Below are positions 35,746-49,240 of a stretch of 64,000 nt of DNA, one piece after another. The DNA lies in the NCBI GenBank assembly GCA_013239625.1, contig MU053645.1:372001-436000 (forward strand). The letters are read 5' to 3'. Origin of the DNA: Lama guanicoe. Taxonomy: Eukaryota. The first letter of the stretch is position 1, and the number at the start of each line of letters is the position of its first letter. A program made the translations under genes and the position numbers. The notes below the pieces were generated by a model. It was not told the DNA's origin, did not search any database, and saw only the letters and a list, made by a program, of their open reading frames with translations.

Positions 35746-36747
35746 CCCCCTAGAAATACGCTCATATGGACAATATTTTGCAGAGACTCTCGGGGGTTCA
35801 CAGACTCTCAAATTTCAATCCCTAGAGGGGAGTTATTGAGTAGACATATGACGAGAACTGTCATGGTAGTTATTATAAATTACATTTAATCATAGTAAAT
35901 AATATAATGTATACTATTTATTTTACATTGCTATATAGTCAATAAGAAAAGTGAAAGAACACATTTTAACATTAGTTGCACTGAAATACTGGATTGCTTT
36001 CCACTACATTCTTACTAGGGGTAGTGGGTAGGGGTCACAATTCCTACTGGAGTGAGAAAAGTACATTATATAACACCATCTCTGAAATCAAAGGGCAACC
36101 CCACAGACTGAGGTAGGAAAAATTACCTATCCATTATTTGTACAAATGTGATCATACATGTAAGATTGGAAAGCCAATAGAATAGATGTCTATACACCAG
36201 GGAGGTATCTATGTAACAGAGTGAAAAGAGGTCTAGGGAGGTGCTAACCTGAAAGTCACTTTCAGGATGAGCAGTGGGTACTGGGAAAAATAAACACTAA
36301 TAAGAGTCAACAGTTATTTTGGCAAGTACTAGCTTCCTACTGCCACCACAGCTTTACACCTATGACATATGAAAGTTGTCTGTTCCCAGGGAGTAAATGA
36401 ACATTTGCCCTGTGGTCTGAGGAGTCATCTACAAAGTTTGGATCTTTGCTGGGACTAGAATAACAGTGACCTAAGCTTTGAAACCTCAAAAGAACTTGCT
36501 TAGGCAGCTTGGAGAGGATCATTATACCCCATGGTATATTCTTAAACCTGAGAAAACCTCCTTCTATTGGAAGCTTATGCATTTGCATTTCTTAAGGCAG
36601 TAAGCCTCACTCTCTCCACCAGCTCAGCTTTTAGAAAATGGAATGACTTGGAGTTGCAATTAAAATCTCAGGCAGAAGCTCTTCTAGGATGTTCCATTGC
36701 TTAACTGCAAAGACAGCAAAGAAAAATAAGCAGTCCAAGTTCTGTAC

Positions 36748-36877
36748 CTTATTTCACCTTCTCTAATGTGACCTGCCAGTTCCTCAATGAACTTCTCCCC
36801 TTTCATCCAATAAATCATTGGTCCAGACTCTCCACTGAATCCAAAGAATGCTTTGCAAGGGATGTTCAGAGGCTTAC
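36748..36877 (-). CDS. IL1RAPL2: IL1RAPL2 coding exon (exon 7 by human numbering), N-terminal part of Ig domain 3
   Basis: 130 nt; acceptor ttctctgtcattctcag|, donor |gtacag; encodes GKPLNIPCKAFFGFSGESGPMIYWMKGEKFIEELAGHIREGEIR, recognised as IL1RAPL2; ends phase 2 and joins the next exon in frame (AG+G=Arg). Confidence 0.96.
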
Positions 36878-38289
36878 CTGAGAATGACAGAGAAAAAGAA
36901 ATGAGCAAATAGCTCTTGGTTATCACTGGGAGACAGAAAAGTACCATTTAACATCCAAAGGAAAACTCAGAGGTGACCCATTTTCAACTCTTCCAATCAT
37001 CTTATCACTGTAAATGAGAAAAATTTAAATAGTTACAAGGGCTTCTGGGAAATTAAAAAATTCAAGATATGAAAAATGAGAAAGTGAAGAAAGTTACTAA
37101 GTCTTTCTAACTGCTTATTTTTACTGCCTCCCTCCTAGGGACCAATATGAAAGAATTAAATGGAAAGAACCCTCTTTTATTTTTCTTTTTTGAGAATATT
37201 AATAACTGTTTATTTGGACTTGCCTTTGAAGTTAACATTAATCAAAGGGTAAGTTAATTTTTGATTGGTGAGAAAACATATAATAGACTATCCACTATTA
37301 CTAAGATTGCAGAGGGTAAATTTACTAATTCTAATTGTATATTGTAGGAAAAATTGGACAATACAAATCAAAGGAAGACTTTTTAATTACAAATATACCT
37401 ATGAAAAGTACATGCAGGGAAATCTCAATCTAACTATATCTTCTATAGTCTGTGTGTCACCCATAGTACTTAAAGAATTCTAGGCAATACTGCAGCTTTT
37501 TGTAATGCATTTTTGTGACTATAGCTAAAAGTTTTGTTTTAATTGTAAATTTATCATCAAATATATAAGCAATTATTTTTTGCTGGCATTGATTTTATTT
37601 TCTTCTTGCAAAGTAGATCAGTAAGAGAAGAATGGTATAGAGAGCACAATCTTGACCTTTCTGACAAAGAAAGCCCCCAATTCATAAATCATGATATAAC
37701 ATATCATTTTTCTCTACAACATGCAATTTTTGTCCTGGTTGGAGCACTAGATAAAGCAATTTCAAAAATATTGTTTTCCTCGTGGAGTACATGGTGAACT
37801 TATTCCCATAATCGCTCTTGAGCTGTGGACAATTTCACCATTCCATTCTTAAATTGATCCAAACTTCGATGTTCTAGGAATGATTACTATCTGGGAACCT
37901 TTCTATTTAATCATTGTAACTAGCAGATGTATTTCTTTGAAGATCATTTTCACCTAGAAACAATTTTAATGAGAGTTCTGTTCTACATTGACACAAAGTA
38001 GGAATTAAGAAAACCCCATAGACATGTGGATGCTGCATGATAGGCTGGGCTTAACCATAATAACTGATTTGTTGCCAAATATTTGTCTTTTTATAGTGTA
38101 AGTTTATATCTCAGCAAAATGACATGTCATGGGCCTTTGGTATCATTCAATTATTGTCAAAAGCTTTGATATCAATAGTTTTTCATATATGTCTAACACA
38201 AATCTGAAACAAGGTTATTCATTGTTGCTTTGAACATGTGTTTTGTGATATACACGTGTGGAAAAATGAGATAGCCTTGTTTAGTGTAA

Positions 38290-38480
38290 AATGCACTAGA
38301 TGAAGAGTTAAGAGATTTCAAACCTTGTTTTGGATCTATCATAAAATAGTAAACTACCTAGCCCTGGGTGGAGTACCAAGTCTTTTCCAAACTGATTTCT
38401 CATGTATGTAATGAGGATGGTAATAATACCCTGGAAGCTCAGATAGGACAATGTCTACAAAAGTGCTTGGTAGACTCAGA
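38290..38480 (+). mobile_element. MIR SINE, degraded
   Basis: tttctcatgtatgtaatgaggatggtaataataccc...aaagtgcttgg. Confidence 0.5.
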
Positions 38481-39734
38481 AGTCCCATCTGAATTTAGCA
38501 TGGTTGTATTTTCCTTCTGAGGCTTGGTCTTTCAAAAAGTCAAATTTGAGGCAAAATCTGATGTGGATAACAAGATAGATAAGTGTTCATTTTGACCCTG
38601 TCAATCTCATGTCCTTTTATATATGAGCTTCTATAGGGTAATATCCTCCTCTTATCGATGCTCTGTAAGTATTTCCTGGATTCTAGAGTAGGTGTGATTC
38701 ATCCAGCAGGCCCTGTGTTCTTTAAACCTGAACATAATTTTTTTAATGCCTTACTATTCTTCATTCTCATGAAATTGAAGGTATTACAGAACGTCAAACT
38801 AGATGGCAAAAGATCCAGAGACTATGATAAACATTATTATAAGGAATCCCAGTTGTTAAAACTACCAGTATATACACTTATACAAATAAATTCTGGTTGT
38901 CACTCCTTTAGGGTATGTTGAAAGAATACATCAAATAAAGTACCTTTTAGTGATTCCTACTATGTGGGTACTCAGGCCTGGTTTGATTTTAATGGAAAAA
39001 GACAATTATAGCAATGTGCAAAAATGTGCCTCCTTGAGGTGGTCTATCAAAAATGACATCATTTGCTCTTTCCTTGGCACTATACAATGGGTACTGACTA
39101 TTGCAGCAGTTTCTGCTGGGAATGTTTTTACTCTCCTGTAAGATAGGTTCTTGTTAAATAAATGCAAGAGACAGATATTTCAGCGGTCTAGTTTCTACAA
39201 ATGCTGAATAAATATCCTGAAGCCTTTGTCAATGGCCAAAACAAGAAAAAGGTCCAACCATTAGATGTAATACTCTGAGGAGAGTCCCAAAATGATCAGC
39301 TCTTGTGCTAGATAGTGAGAATCAATGTGTACCAGGGTGTGGGCACCTCTTCTTCCAAAAGGCCTGGGAGGGATCTTAGCATTGATTGGGCAAATAACCT
39401 GAAATAGAGCCTCTCCAGGCATTTCTAAAATCTGGCTTATGTGCATGTGCAAACTCCTATCTACCATTTTCATCTATTTTCTACTGTATTGTTTTGCCTC
39501 CAGACGTTTTCAAAGACATCCTTATAGTACTGTCTATCCTACTAGTGTAGATGACCAACTCATATTTGTATATAAAGAAGATTATACAGTAGTTTGAAGA
39601 CTATTAAAATAAAAATAACTGTGAGTTTCTTGGTGTTTTGTGCTATTCACAAGGTAATGGCTTCAGACATGACTCCCTTTTAAAGGTTCAGCCTGTATTA
39701 CTAGCAATTTATCACTTTATTAAGTGACAGTCAA

Positions 39735-40131
39735 CAAAACATATGTCCAAAGACTTGCACATGAGTATTCACAGCAGCTTTATTTGTAATAGCCAAAACC
39801 TGGAAACAGTCCAAATGTTTATCAACAGGTGGAGGAATACTTTGGTATATTCATACAAAAAAAATTCAATAGGTATTAAAAGTATGGAGTACTGATACAC
39901 ACTATAACATATGATTTTCAAGATTTCAAAACAATTATACGAAGTTAAAAGGCCAGACAAATGAGTACATGCTTTATGTTTCTATTTACATAAAATTCTA
40001 GAAAGTTAAAATTAATCTACAGTTTCTTAAAAAGTTGAACATTTGCCATGTGATCCAGCCATTATTTATATAGAACTGAAAGCCTCTGTCTGTATAAAAC
40101 TTGTACACAAATATTCGTATCAGCTTTATTT
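39735..40131 (+). mobile_element. L1ME-type fragments; host of the large L1 insertion, continues at 46783-47200
   Basis: gacttgcacatgagtattcacagcagctttatttgtaatagccaaaacctggaaacagtccaaatg. Confidence 0.75.
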
Positions 40132-40643
40132 TTCTTAAATGAGGTATAATTGACATAATATTAGTTTCAGGTGTACAACATAATGACTTGATATTTGTAT
40201 ATATTGCAAAATGATCATCACAATACATTTTGTTGACATCTGTCACCATACATAGTCACACATTTATTTTTTCTTGTGATAAATGCTTTTAAGCTCTACT
40301 CTCAACACCTTTCAAAATGCGATACAGTATTATTAACTATAGTCACCATGTTGTACATTACACTCCCCATGATTTATTCATTTTGTAACCAGTAGTTTAT
40401 ACCTACTAACCCCCCATGTTTCCCACTCACCACAACCCCCAACTCTTGCAACCACCAGTCTGTGTCTACGAGCTTGTTTTTTGTTTTCTTGTTTGTTTGT
40501 TTTGGATTCTACATATGGGTGAGATCACACAGTATTTGTCTTTCTCTGTAGAACTTATTTCACTTAGTGTAATGCTCTCAATGTCTATGTATGTTGTTGC
40601 AAATGGTGAGATTTCATTCTTTTTTAAGGCTGAACAATATCTC

Positions 40644-40647
<4 letters not shown>

Positions 40648-40685
<38 letters not shown>
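40648..40685 (+). repeat. (CA)n microsatellite within the L1 3' UTR
   Basis: uninterrupted acacac array. Confidence 0.95.
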
Positions 40686-40686
<1 letters not shown>

Positions 40687-43600
40687 TTTCTTTATCTGTT
40701 CATCCACTGATGTGTACTTAGATTGTTTTCATATCTTGGCTACTGTAAATAATGTTGCAATGAACACAGAGGTGCAGATATATTTTCGAGACAGTGTTTT
40801 CATTTTTGGGGATAAATAATCAGAGTGGAATTACTGAATCATATTGAAGTTCTATTTTTATTTTTTGAGAAAACTCCATAATGTTTTCCATAGTGGCTAC
40901 ACTAATTTACATTTCTACCAACAGTAAACAAAATTTCTCTTTTTGCCACATCCTCACCAATACTTGTTTTTTTATTTTTATTTTTAATTTTTTTGGTAAC
41001 AGCCATTCTAACAGGTATGAGGTGATCTCATTGTGGCTGTGATTTGCATTTCTCTGATAATTAGTGATGTTGAGCATCTTTTCATGTGCTTGTTGGCTAT
41101 TTGTATGTCTTCTTTGGAAAAATGTTTGTTCAGATCTTCTGGCCATTTTTAAATCAAATTGTTGGGTTTTTTTTTTTTTGGTTAAGTTTGCTTTGCTATT
41201 GAGTTGTATGTGTTCTTTATATATTTTGGATATTAACCACTTGTCATATATATGATTTACAAATATGTCGTCCTGTTCAGTAGGTTGCCTTTTCATTGTT
41301 GATGGCTTTCTTTACTGTGCAGAAGCTTTTTATTGTTTGATGTAATCTCATTTGTTTATTTTGGTTTTTGTTGCTTTTACTTTTGGAGTCAGATTTAAAA
41401 AATCATCTCCAAACTGACCAATATCAAGGAACTTACTGCCTATGTTTCACTCTAGGAGTTTTATAGTTTCATGTTTTTCATTCTAGTCTTTAATCCATTT
41501 TGAGTTAATTTTTGTGTATGGTATAAGACAGTCATCCAGTCTAATTCTTTTCTGCATGGTTGTCCAGTTTTCCCAACAACATTTATTGAAAATACTGGCC
41601 TTTCCCCATTGTATATTTCTGACTCCTTTGTCATAAATTAATTGACCATATATGTGTGGGTTTATTTCTGGGCTCTATATTCTATTCCACTGATCTATGT
41701 GTCAGTCTTTTATGCCAATACTATACTGTTTTGATTACTATACCTTTGTAATATAGTTTGAAATCAGGGAGCATCATGCCTCCAACTTTGTTCTTTCTTA
41801 AAGTGCTTTGGCTACTAATGTCCTTTATGGTCCCATGCAAATTTTATGATTGTTTGTTCTGTTTACGTGAAAAAATGTCATTGGAATTTTGATATATTGC
41901 ATTGAATCTATAGGTTGTTTTGGGTCATATAGACATTTTAACAATATTATTTCTTCTAGTATATGAGCATGGAATATCTTTCCATTTATTTTTGTCTTCT
42001 TCCATCTCTTTCATAATGTCTTATACTGTTCAGTGTACAGGTCTTTCAACTACTTGATTAAATTTTTATTCCTAGGTATTTTATTTTTTGATGCAATTGT
42101 AAATGGAATTTTTTCTTAATTTCTTTTTATGATAGTTTGTTATTAGTATATAGAAATGTAACAGATTACTGAATATTGATTTTGTATCCTGTAACTTTAC
42201 TGAATTTGTTTACTAGTTCTCCTAGTTTTTTGGTGAAGTCTTTAGAATTTTCTATACATAATATGTCATCTGCAAATATTGACAGTTTAAATTTTTCCCT
42301 TTCATTTTAGATGCTTTTATTTCTTTTTCTTGACTAATTGCTCTGGTTAAGACTTCCAATACTCTGTTGAATAAAAATGGTGAAAGTAGGCATTCTTGTC
42401 TTGTTCCTAATCTTAGAAGTAAAGCTTTTAGCTTTTCACCATTGAGTATGATGTTAGATATGGTCTTGTCATACATGATCCTTCTTATGTTGAGGGAGAT
42501 TTCCTCTACAGCCACTTTGTTGAAAGTTTTTTTAATCATACATGGAAGTTAAGTTGAATTTTGTTGAATGCTTTTTCTGCCTCTGTTGAGATCATATGAT
42601 TTTTAGCCTCTTTTTTTTCAATATAATGTATCACGTTGATTTGCAGTTGTTTAGCCTTCTTGAATGCCTGGAATAAATCCCACTTGATTATAGGGTACAA
42701 TCCTTTTAATAAATTGTTCAATTTGGTTTGCTAATGTTTTGTGAGGATGTTTGCATCTATTTGCATCAGGGATGCTGGTCTGTAATTTTATTTTCCTGTG
42801 GTGTCTTAGTCTGGTTTGGTTATCATGGTAATGCTAGCCTTGTAAAATGAGTCTGAAAGTGTTCCCTTCTCTTCAGTTTTTTGGAAGAGTTTGAGAAGGA
42901 TTGGTATTAATCCTCTGTTAGATGATGGGTAGAATTCATCAGTGAAGCCATCTCGTTCTGGACTTTTGTTTGCTGGGAAGTTTTTGATTACTATTTAATC
43001 TCCTTACTAGTAATTGGTCTGTTCAGATTTTCTTTTTTCACGATTCAGTCTCCGAAGTTTGTATGTTTCTAGGAATTTACTTATTTCTTCTAGGTTGTCC
43101 AGTATGTTTGCATATAATTTTCATAGTAGTCTCTTAAGATCCTTTTATCTGTGGTATCATTTGCAATGTCTTCTCTTTCATTTTTTATTTTAATTATGTG
43201 AGCCCTCTCTCTTTTTCTTGTGGTGAGTCTAGCTAAAAGTTTGTCAATTTTGTTTCCTTTTTCAAAGAACCAGCTCTTAGTTTCATTGATCTTTTCTATT
43301 GTCTTTTTAGCCTCTATTTCATTCATTTCCACTCTGATCTTTGTTATTTCCCTCTTACTAACTTTAGGATTCATTTGTTTTTATTTTTTTACTTCCTTGA
43401 GGTATAGTTATTTATTTGAGATTTTTCTTGTTTCTTCAGGTAGACATTTATTGGTATGAACTTCCCTCTTAGAATTGCCTTTGCTGCATCTCATAAATTT
43501 TAGTATGTTGTATTTCCATTTTCACTTTTCTCAAGGTATTTTTTGATTTCTTTTTTGACTTCTTTGTTGACTCACTTCTTGTTTGGTAGCATCTTGCTTA

Positions 43601-43970
43601 ATATTCATATATTTGTGTATTTTCCAGTTTCCTTCTTTTAAGTAATTTTTAGTTTCATACCATTGTTGTTGAAAGAATGCTTGATATGATTTCAATATTC
43701 GCTTAAATTTATTAATACTTCTTCTGTGGCCAAACATGATCTATTCTGGAGAATGTTCCACGTGCACTTGAGAAAAAATGTATATGCTATTGCTTTTGGA
43801 TGAAATAGTCTGTGTATATCTTTTAAGTCCATCTGGCCTAATCTGTTATTTAAAGGCAATGTTCCTTATTGGTTTTTGGTCTGGATGATCTATCTGTTGA
43901 TTTAAGTAGGGTACTAAAGTCCCCACTATCATTGGATTGCTTTCTATTTCTCCCTTTATGCCTGTTAATG

Positions 43971-44273
43971 CAAGCATACCTCAGAAATATGGGTATGGTT
44001 CCAGAGCACTGCAATAACATGAATATTGCAATAAAGCAAGTCCCACAATTTTTTTTGGTTTCCCAGTGTGTATAAAAGTTATGTTTACATTATACTATAT
44101 TCTGTTGTATAAGAGCATTGTTATGTCTAAAAAATATATCTTGATTTTAAAATGCTGCTGGAAAAATGGTGCTGATAGACTTGCTTGATGCAGGGTTGCC
44201 ATCAATCTTCAATCTGTTAAAAACAATATCCTCAAAACCCAATAAATTGAAACAAATAGATGAGTTATGCCTG
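43971..44273 (-). mobile_element. Internally deleted Tigger1-type DNA transposon nested in L1 ORF2
   Basis: terminal inverted repeats CAAGCATACCTC...GAGTTATGCCTG followed by TA; internal ttttttggtttcccagtg...aaaagttatgtttaca typical of Tigger1. Confidence 0.85.
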
Positions 44274-44394
44274 TATGTGCTTTAATATATTAAGGTACTC
44301 CTATGTTAAGTGCATAAATATTTACCAATGCTATATATTCTTGTTGAATTGACCCCTTTATCATTATGTAATACCCTTCCATTATGTAATGAAA

Positions 44395-44457
44395 TTTGAT
44401 TTGTGATTGGTTGAATCTGTGGATACAAAATTCTCAGATATGAAGGGTTGACTGTAT
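44395..44457. mobile_element. Tigger/MER2-family terminal fragment
   Basis: ttggttgaatctgtggatacaaaattctcagatatgaagggttgactgta resembles a MER2/Tigger terminus plus TA. Confidence 0.6.
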
Positions 44458-45295
44458 ACAGTAATGTGTTTTGGTGTAGGTCTCTTTGGGTTCCTCTTAC
44501 TTGGAACTCTGGGCTTCCTGGATCTGGATGTCTATTTCCTTCCCTAGGTTAGGGAAGTTTTCATCCATTATTTCTTCAAATAAGTTGTATGGCCCTTTCT
44601 CTCTCTCTCCTTCTGGGACCCCTATAATGTAAATGTTAGTCTGTTTGATATTGTCTCATAGTTACCTTAAACTATCTTTAATTTTTAAAATTCTTATTCC
44701 TGTTCTGATTGGGTGAGTTCTTCTGCCTTGTCTTCAAGTTCGTTGGTCCTTTCTTTGCTTTACCTAGTATGCTATTGAGGCCCTCAAGTGTATTTCTCAG
44801 TTCACTTATTGTATTCTTCAACACTGTGACTTCTGTTTGGTACTTTCTTACAGTTTCTGTCTCTTTGTTGAAGTTCTCGTTAAACTCATTCATTCTTCCC
44901 CCCAATTTGGTGAGCATTTGTATAACCATTACTTTGAACTCTTTATCAAGTAAATTACTTATTTCCATTTCATTAAGTTTTTTCTGAAGTTTAATTTTGT
45001 GTTTTTCTTGGAACATATTCTCTGTTTCTCTATTTTGCTTGACTCTAGTGTTGGTTTCTATGCATTAGATAGAACAACTTCTCTCAGTCTTAAAGTGGTG
45101 ACCTCACATAGGAGATGAAGCTTGTTGTTCAAGCCTTAGTTCTTTGTTGTCTCTCAAACCTTTGTGATTGTTCAAGCAGTCTATTATATTTTAATAGCTC
45201 CCAGTAATTTAGGGTGTGCCAAGACTTGTCAGTTTTCCAAAGGGGAGGATTTCAGTCAGCACTTAAATCTGGCTGATTGGAACTCAGACTCTCAG

Positions 45296-46180
45296 GCAGC
45301 AGCTTTTAAAAGCTAAAAAGTGGGGCTCCAGATGAGTCTGTAAGCTCCCTCCTGGAAAACACAGGTGAGCTAGAGTGAGGCAGAGGGAGAGCACAAAGAT
45401 GGAGTCCCTCAGCCTGCATCCCCTGAAAGCACTTCCATAGCCTCTAGGTGTGAGCCAAACTTGAAGGTTTCCCCTCAGGCTGAAGCCCCAGGACTAACAA
45501 GTAGGCCTTTAACTGAAAGACTAGGGGTGTGTTTCAGTCTGCTCGTCTGTGCAGTGTCCTGAGGGTGGTTGTCTGCCAAGAACTATGTCTTCAATTGTTA
45601 TAGTCTTATAGGACCCAGAAGGACACAAGCCTCCTGACTCCCAGACCCAGATGACTAAGGGTCATTTCCTGGATAGCAGCTGCAAAAATCAAGGCACCAG
45701 ATATAAAATCTGGGGCACCAGGCACACATAAGAGTTCCTCTCTAAGAGATACTGGTGCTCTGGGATGCGACAGAGGGAGAGCACAAAGATAGTGCCAGCC
45801 CTCTGAGGTCTCTGGAAAGGTTTATAGTCAGCCTTTAGATGTGTTTAATTAGAAGCCCGCCCCTCAGGCTGCAGCTATGATGATAGCTAATAAGCCTCTT
45901 TCACAGAAAGATTGAGCTCCTGGGTCTGTTGCTTCTTCTAGTGCCGTGAGTAGAAGCTGTTTAAGAATGCTTTCTCTGTTGGTTACAGTCCTTTTGGACC
46001 TGCAAGCATAAGCCCTACTGGCCCCTAGAGCCAGGTGATGTAGAGGTGTCTACTGGCAGCAGCTGTAAAAATCAAGGCACCAGATGTAAAAACTGGGAAA
46101 CCAGACACATGTAAAAGTTCCTCTCTGGGAGATACTGGTATTCTGGAGCAGGCAGAGAGAAAGTGCAAAGATGGTATCCA
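45296..46180. repeat. About 380-bp tandem units in the L1 5' UTR (about 2.5 copies)
   Basis: gcagc...aaaa...ccagat...cagagggagagcacaaagat recurs near 45296, 45672 and 46055. Confidence 0.8.
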
Positions 46181-46798
46181 CTAAGAAAAGAAAAAAAAAA
46201 AGATGGTGCCTGTCAGCTTTAGCAAGGAAGAAGGAGAGTGTGAAAATGGCAGCCAGCAGCCTTTGGCCCTAGAATACTGATGCTTTAAGATTAGCAAATT
46301 AATCTCTTTCACATAAAGGCTGAGCGCTTCTCAAATGGCTGCTTCTCTGCTGGGCCTTGGGGTGAGTGAATCCATATGTGAGCCCTTTAAGAGCTGTTTC
46401 TCAGTTTGCTACAGCTCTTTGGGTCTCAGAGACATAAATTTTTTTGTTTTTCAAAGCCAAATGTCTGAGAAGCTCATCTCTTAGATGGACGTCTTAAGAA
46501 TTGGGGTGACTGATGTGGTGTATGGATTCTTCACTCCTCAGGAAGAAGTTTCAAGTTGGTGAGTTCTCTATTGTGGGCTGCCCCAATTGGGATGGTATTT
46601 TTATGGTGAGTTTATATCCAGCCTCTTCACCTCAATGTTGCCATTTTCTCACTTGCTGTGAAGGAGTTTCGTAGCTAGTTTTCAGGTCTTTTTCAGAGGA
46701 AATTGTTCCATATCTAGCTGTTGATTTGGTGTGCTTGTGGGAGGAGTTGATCTTCCTGTGTTATCATCTTGAACCACTTCCCCATATCATCTTTATTT

Positions 46799-47200
46799 GT
46801 AATAGCTCAAAACAACTCAAATTTTGATCAATAATCAAAGGAGGGTTATTGATACATTCTACAACATGAATAAAATTCAAAACCATTATGTAGAGTGAAA
46901 AAAGCCAGATACAAAAGACCACATATTGTATGATTCTATTTACATGAAATCTTTAGAAAACACATGACTATAAAAACAGAAAGCAGATCAGTAGTTCCTT
47001 ATGGCTGGGTCAGAGATTGACTGAAAACCTGAAGGAGGAAACTCTTAGGAAATGATGGAAATGTTTTAAAGCTGTTTTGTGGTGATGGCTGCACTAATGT
47101 GTATATTTACTAAAAGCCATTGAATGATACACTTACATGGGTAAATTGTATGATATGTACATTTCAGCTCAATAAAGCTGTTATAAGTAAAAATAAAAAT
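46799..47200 (+). mobile_element. L1ME-type 3' end, continuation of the host element
   Basis: gtaatagctcaaaac...gagtgaaaaaagccagatacaaaagaccacatattgtatgattc...cagctcaataaagctgtt. Confidence 0.8.
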
Positions 47201-49211
47201 CCACGTCCTTAGGAAGTTTACATCTGGGAGGGGAAAGTGGAAGAGGTGAAGGCCAATACACAAAATAAATTAAATATAAAGTAAGTTGTATACATGTTCT
47301 AAGTGATCTCAATTTTTGTATTTTCAAAGCTAAAGTCATTACTTTAATCACTGAATTGTCTATGCATAAGTTTCCTGCTAGCCCAAAGACACTTTTTCAT
47401 ATTTCAAATCCATATAATTGCTCTGGGACAACTTTAAAAGAACCAGAGACTGAATTATCTAATGTGAGAGAATTGCAGGTAAGACTGGAATAATAAAATC
47501 TATTTAATTTTCACCACACATCTTAATCTCCCTCTGAATCTGGACTTTCTAAGAATTTCTCAAGGGCAAAAATTTGACTTTCAATTTCTGTATCTAGATC
47601 TGCCCCTTCCTCCAATCCCTCAATGGGCTATGGATTTTATAAAGGCCACACATAACTGTCAATGCACTATTGTTGCCACATCATTGTTCTTCATTCTTTG
47701 TTTTCTCTTTAAACTATTTTCAACAAACCGCTTTTAATGTCTCTTTTAAACTGTCCTCTTATCTCTATTTCTTGGGATGCAATATTTTCCATTTGTGTCA
47801 GCACATGGATGGTGGTTAATTTTCTTGTGAGATTTGTAAATTCTATTACTGTGTTTTTATCTATAGCAGGGATTGTTTTCTGTGGGAGACCTGGGTGGCA
47901 AGGGCTATGAAGGCATTCCCTCAGAGTGGTTCCAAGTTTCCTTCTGCCAAGTCCTTACAAGTTTCACTGGTTTGGAAACAGTTTTTCTGTTAATTTCTTA
48001 GCTTGGGGTTTTATACCACATGCGGGTTGTGTGGATTTAAAGTCCACATCCATGCTTGGTACAAGTTTAGAGTTCTGATTTCTCTGGAGTGTCTCTTTTC
48101 ATTCATGGCCATGGCCCTGGACAGAATGTGAATTTCTTGGCTACTTTCCTAGACCAATGAGTAGAGTTTTCTAGTCCCCATTTCATAGAGTTTCAGGCTT
48201 TATACATCATTCAGGCTTCTAGATTTTTGCTGGGATCTCATTTCCAGCTCCACACTTTACACAGATCTGTGGCTCTACAGTCTAACCCTCAGCTCAGGCC
48301 TTAGACCCTTAAGGTCCCTATTTGGTTCTGATATCCCAAGGAGGTATTTAGCTTGAGTTTATGCTCCCTTCTCTGGATTTGAGTTCCCTTTTCATTCCTA
48401 AAGCTTGGGAATGTCCCTTACTTGCTTTCGCTCTGGGCATATAGAATCTTGTTTTATTTTGACCAGCATTTTTCTGTGTTTAGAACAAGAGATGAGTCTT
48501 TACCATATCAATTCAGTCTATCATATTAACTAGTTGTCTGAAATTCCACCACAGAAATCTGTAAGTTGTATATCTTAGGTCTGAATGATCAAATTAATTT
48601 TATTTTCATCCAAGGAGTTTAACATTCTTGTTACTGCTAACATAAACGAAGATTCTCCTTTCCCTGGGCTCACACTTAGATTTGACCTTTACAAGATGAG
48701 ATGTGTTTTATGTCCTTCAGTTTGTAGCTTCAACTTTCAAAAAGTTTATTCCTTCAGAAAAGAATCCATAATTAGGGAGCACACCTTTTGTTTATTTGCA
48801 CATGAGGTGCTGAGAATGTCTTGGGTCATATGTTCTAGTCTAGCTGGTCAATGTTAGGATGCATGAAACATAGGAGGTACTTTCAGTTGTGAGACAAATT
48901 TTAAGAAGTTTGTTCTAAATATGTTACTTAAGTCAATTAGCTAATTAGTTCCTCAAAAATTTACAGCAGAGCTGAGGTTATCATTATATTAATGTCATTT
49001 TCACTCATGTGCATTGGAATATGCCTTTTCTTAAGTGAAGGAAAAAGGGTAGAGTCACAACTTGCATATGAGGAATGCCCATTAAGAATCTGCCTGATAG
49101 TGAGTATCATCTGGCCAGTATGTTATAGAGGGGAAAATCTGAGAGCCACTGATCCAGGGTGTGGTTTTCCTGAGTTGAAGAGAAACATATATTCTTTCAT
49201 CTTGAAAATTT

Positions 49212-49240
49212 ACACACACACACACAAACACACACACACA
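49212..49240 (+). repeat. (CA)n microsatellite, interrupted
   Basis: acacacacacacacaaacacacacacaca. Confidence 0.9.

Larger units (their letters stand above)
40132..46782 (-). mobile_element. Near full-length degraded L1 (L1MA-like): 5' UTR, ORF1, ORF2, 3' UTR
   Basis: ORF2 remnants (43090-43374 EKINETKSWFFEK; 42252-42539 [28 protein letters not shown] region) and ORF1 remnant (44678-45016); 16-bp TSD C(G/A)TATCA(G/T)CTTTATTT at 40116-40131 and 46783-46798. Confidence 0.93.

Noticed and set aside
40907..45016. Multiple ORFs resembling reverse transcriptase and ORF1 proteins
   Set aside because: They are frameshifted, stop-ridden remnants of the degraded L1, not functional genes.
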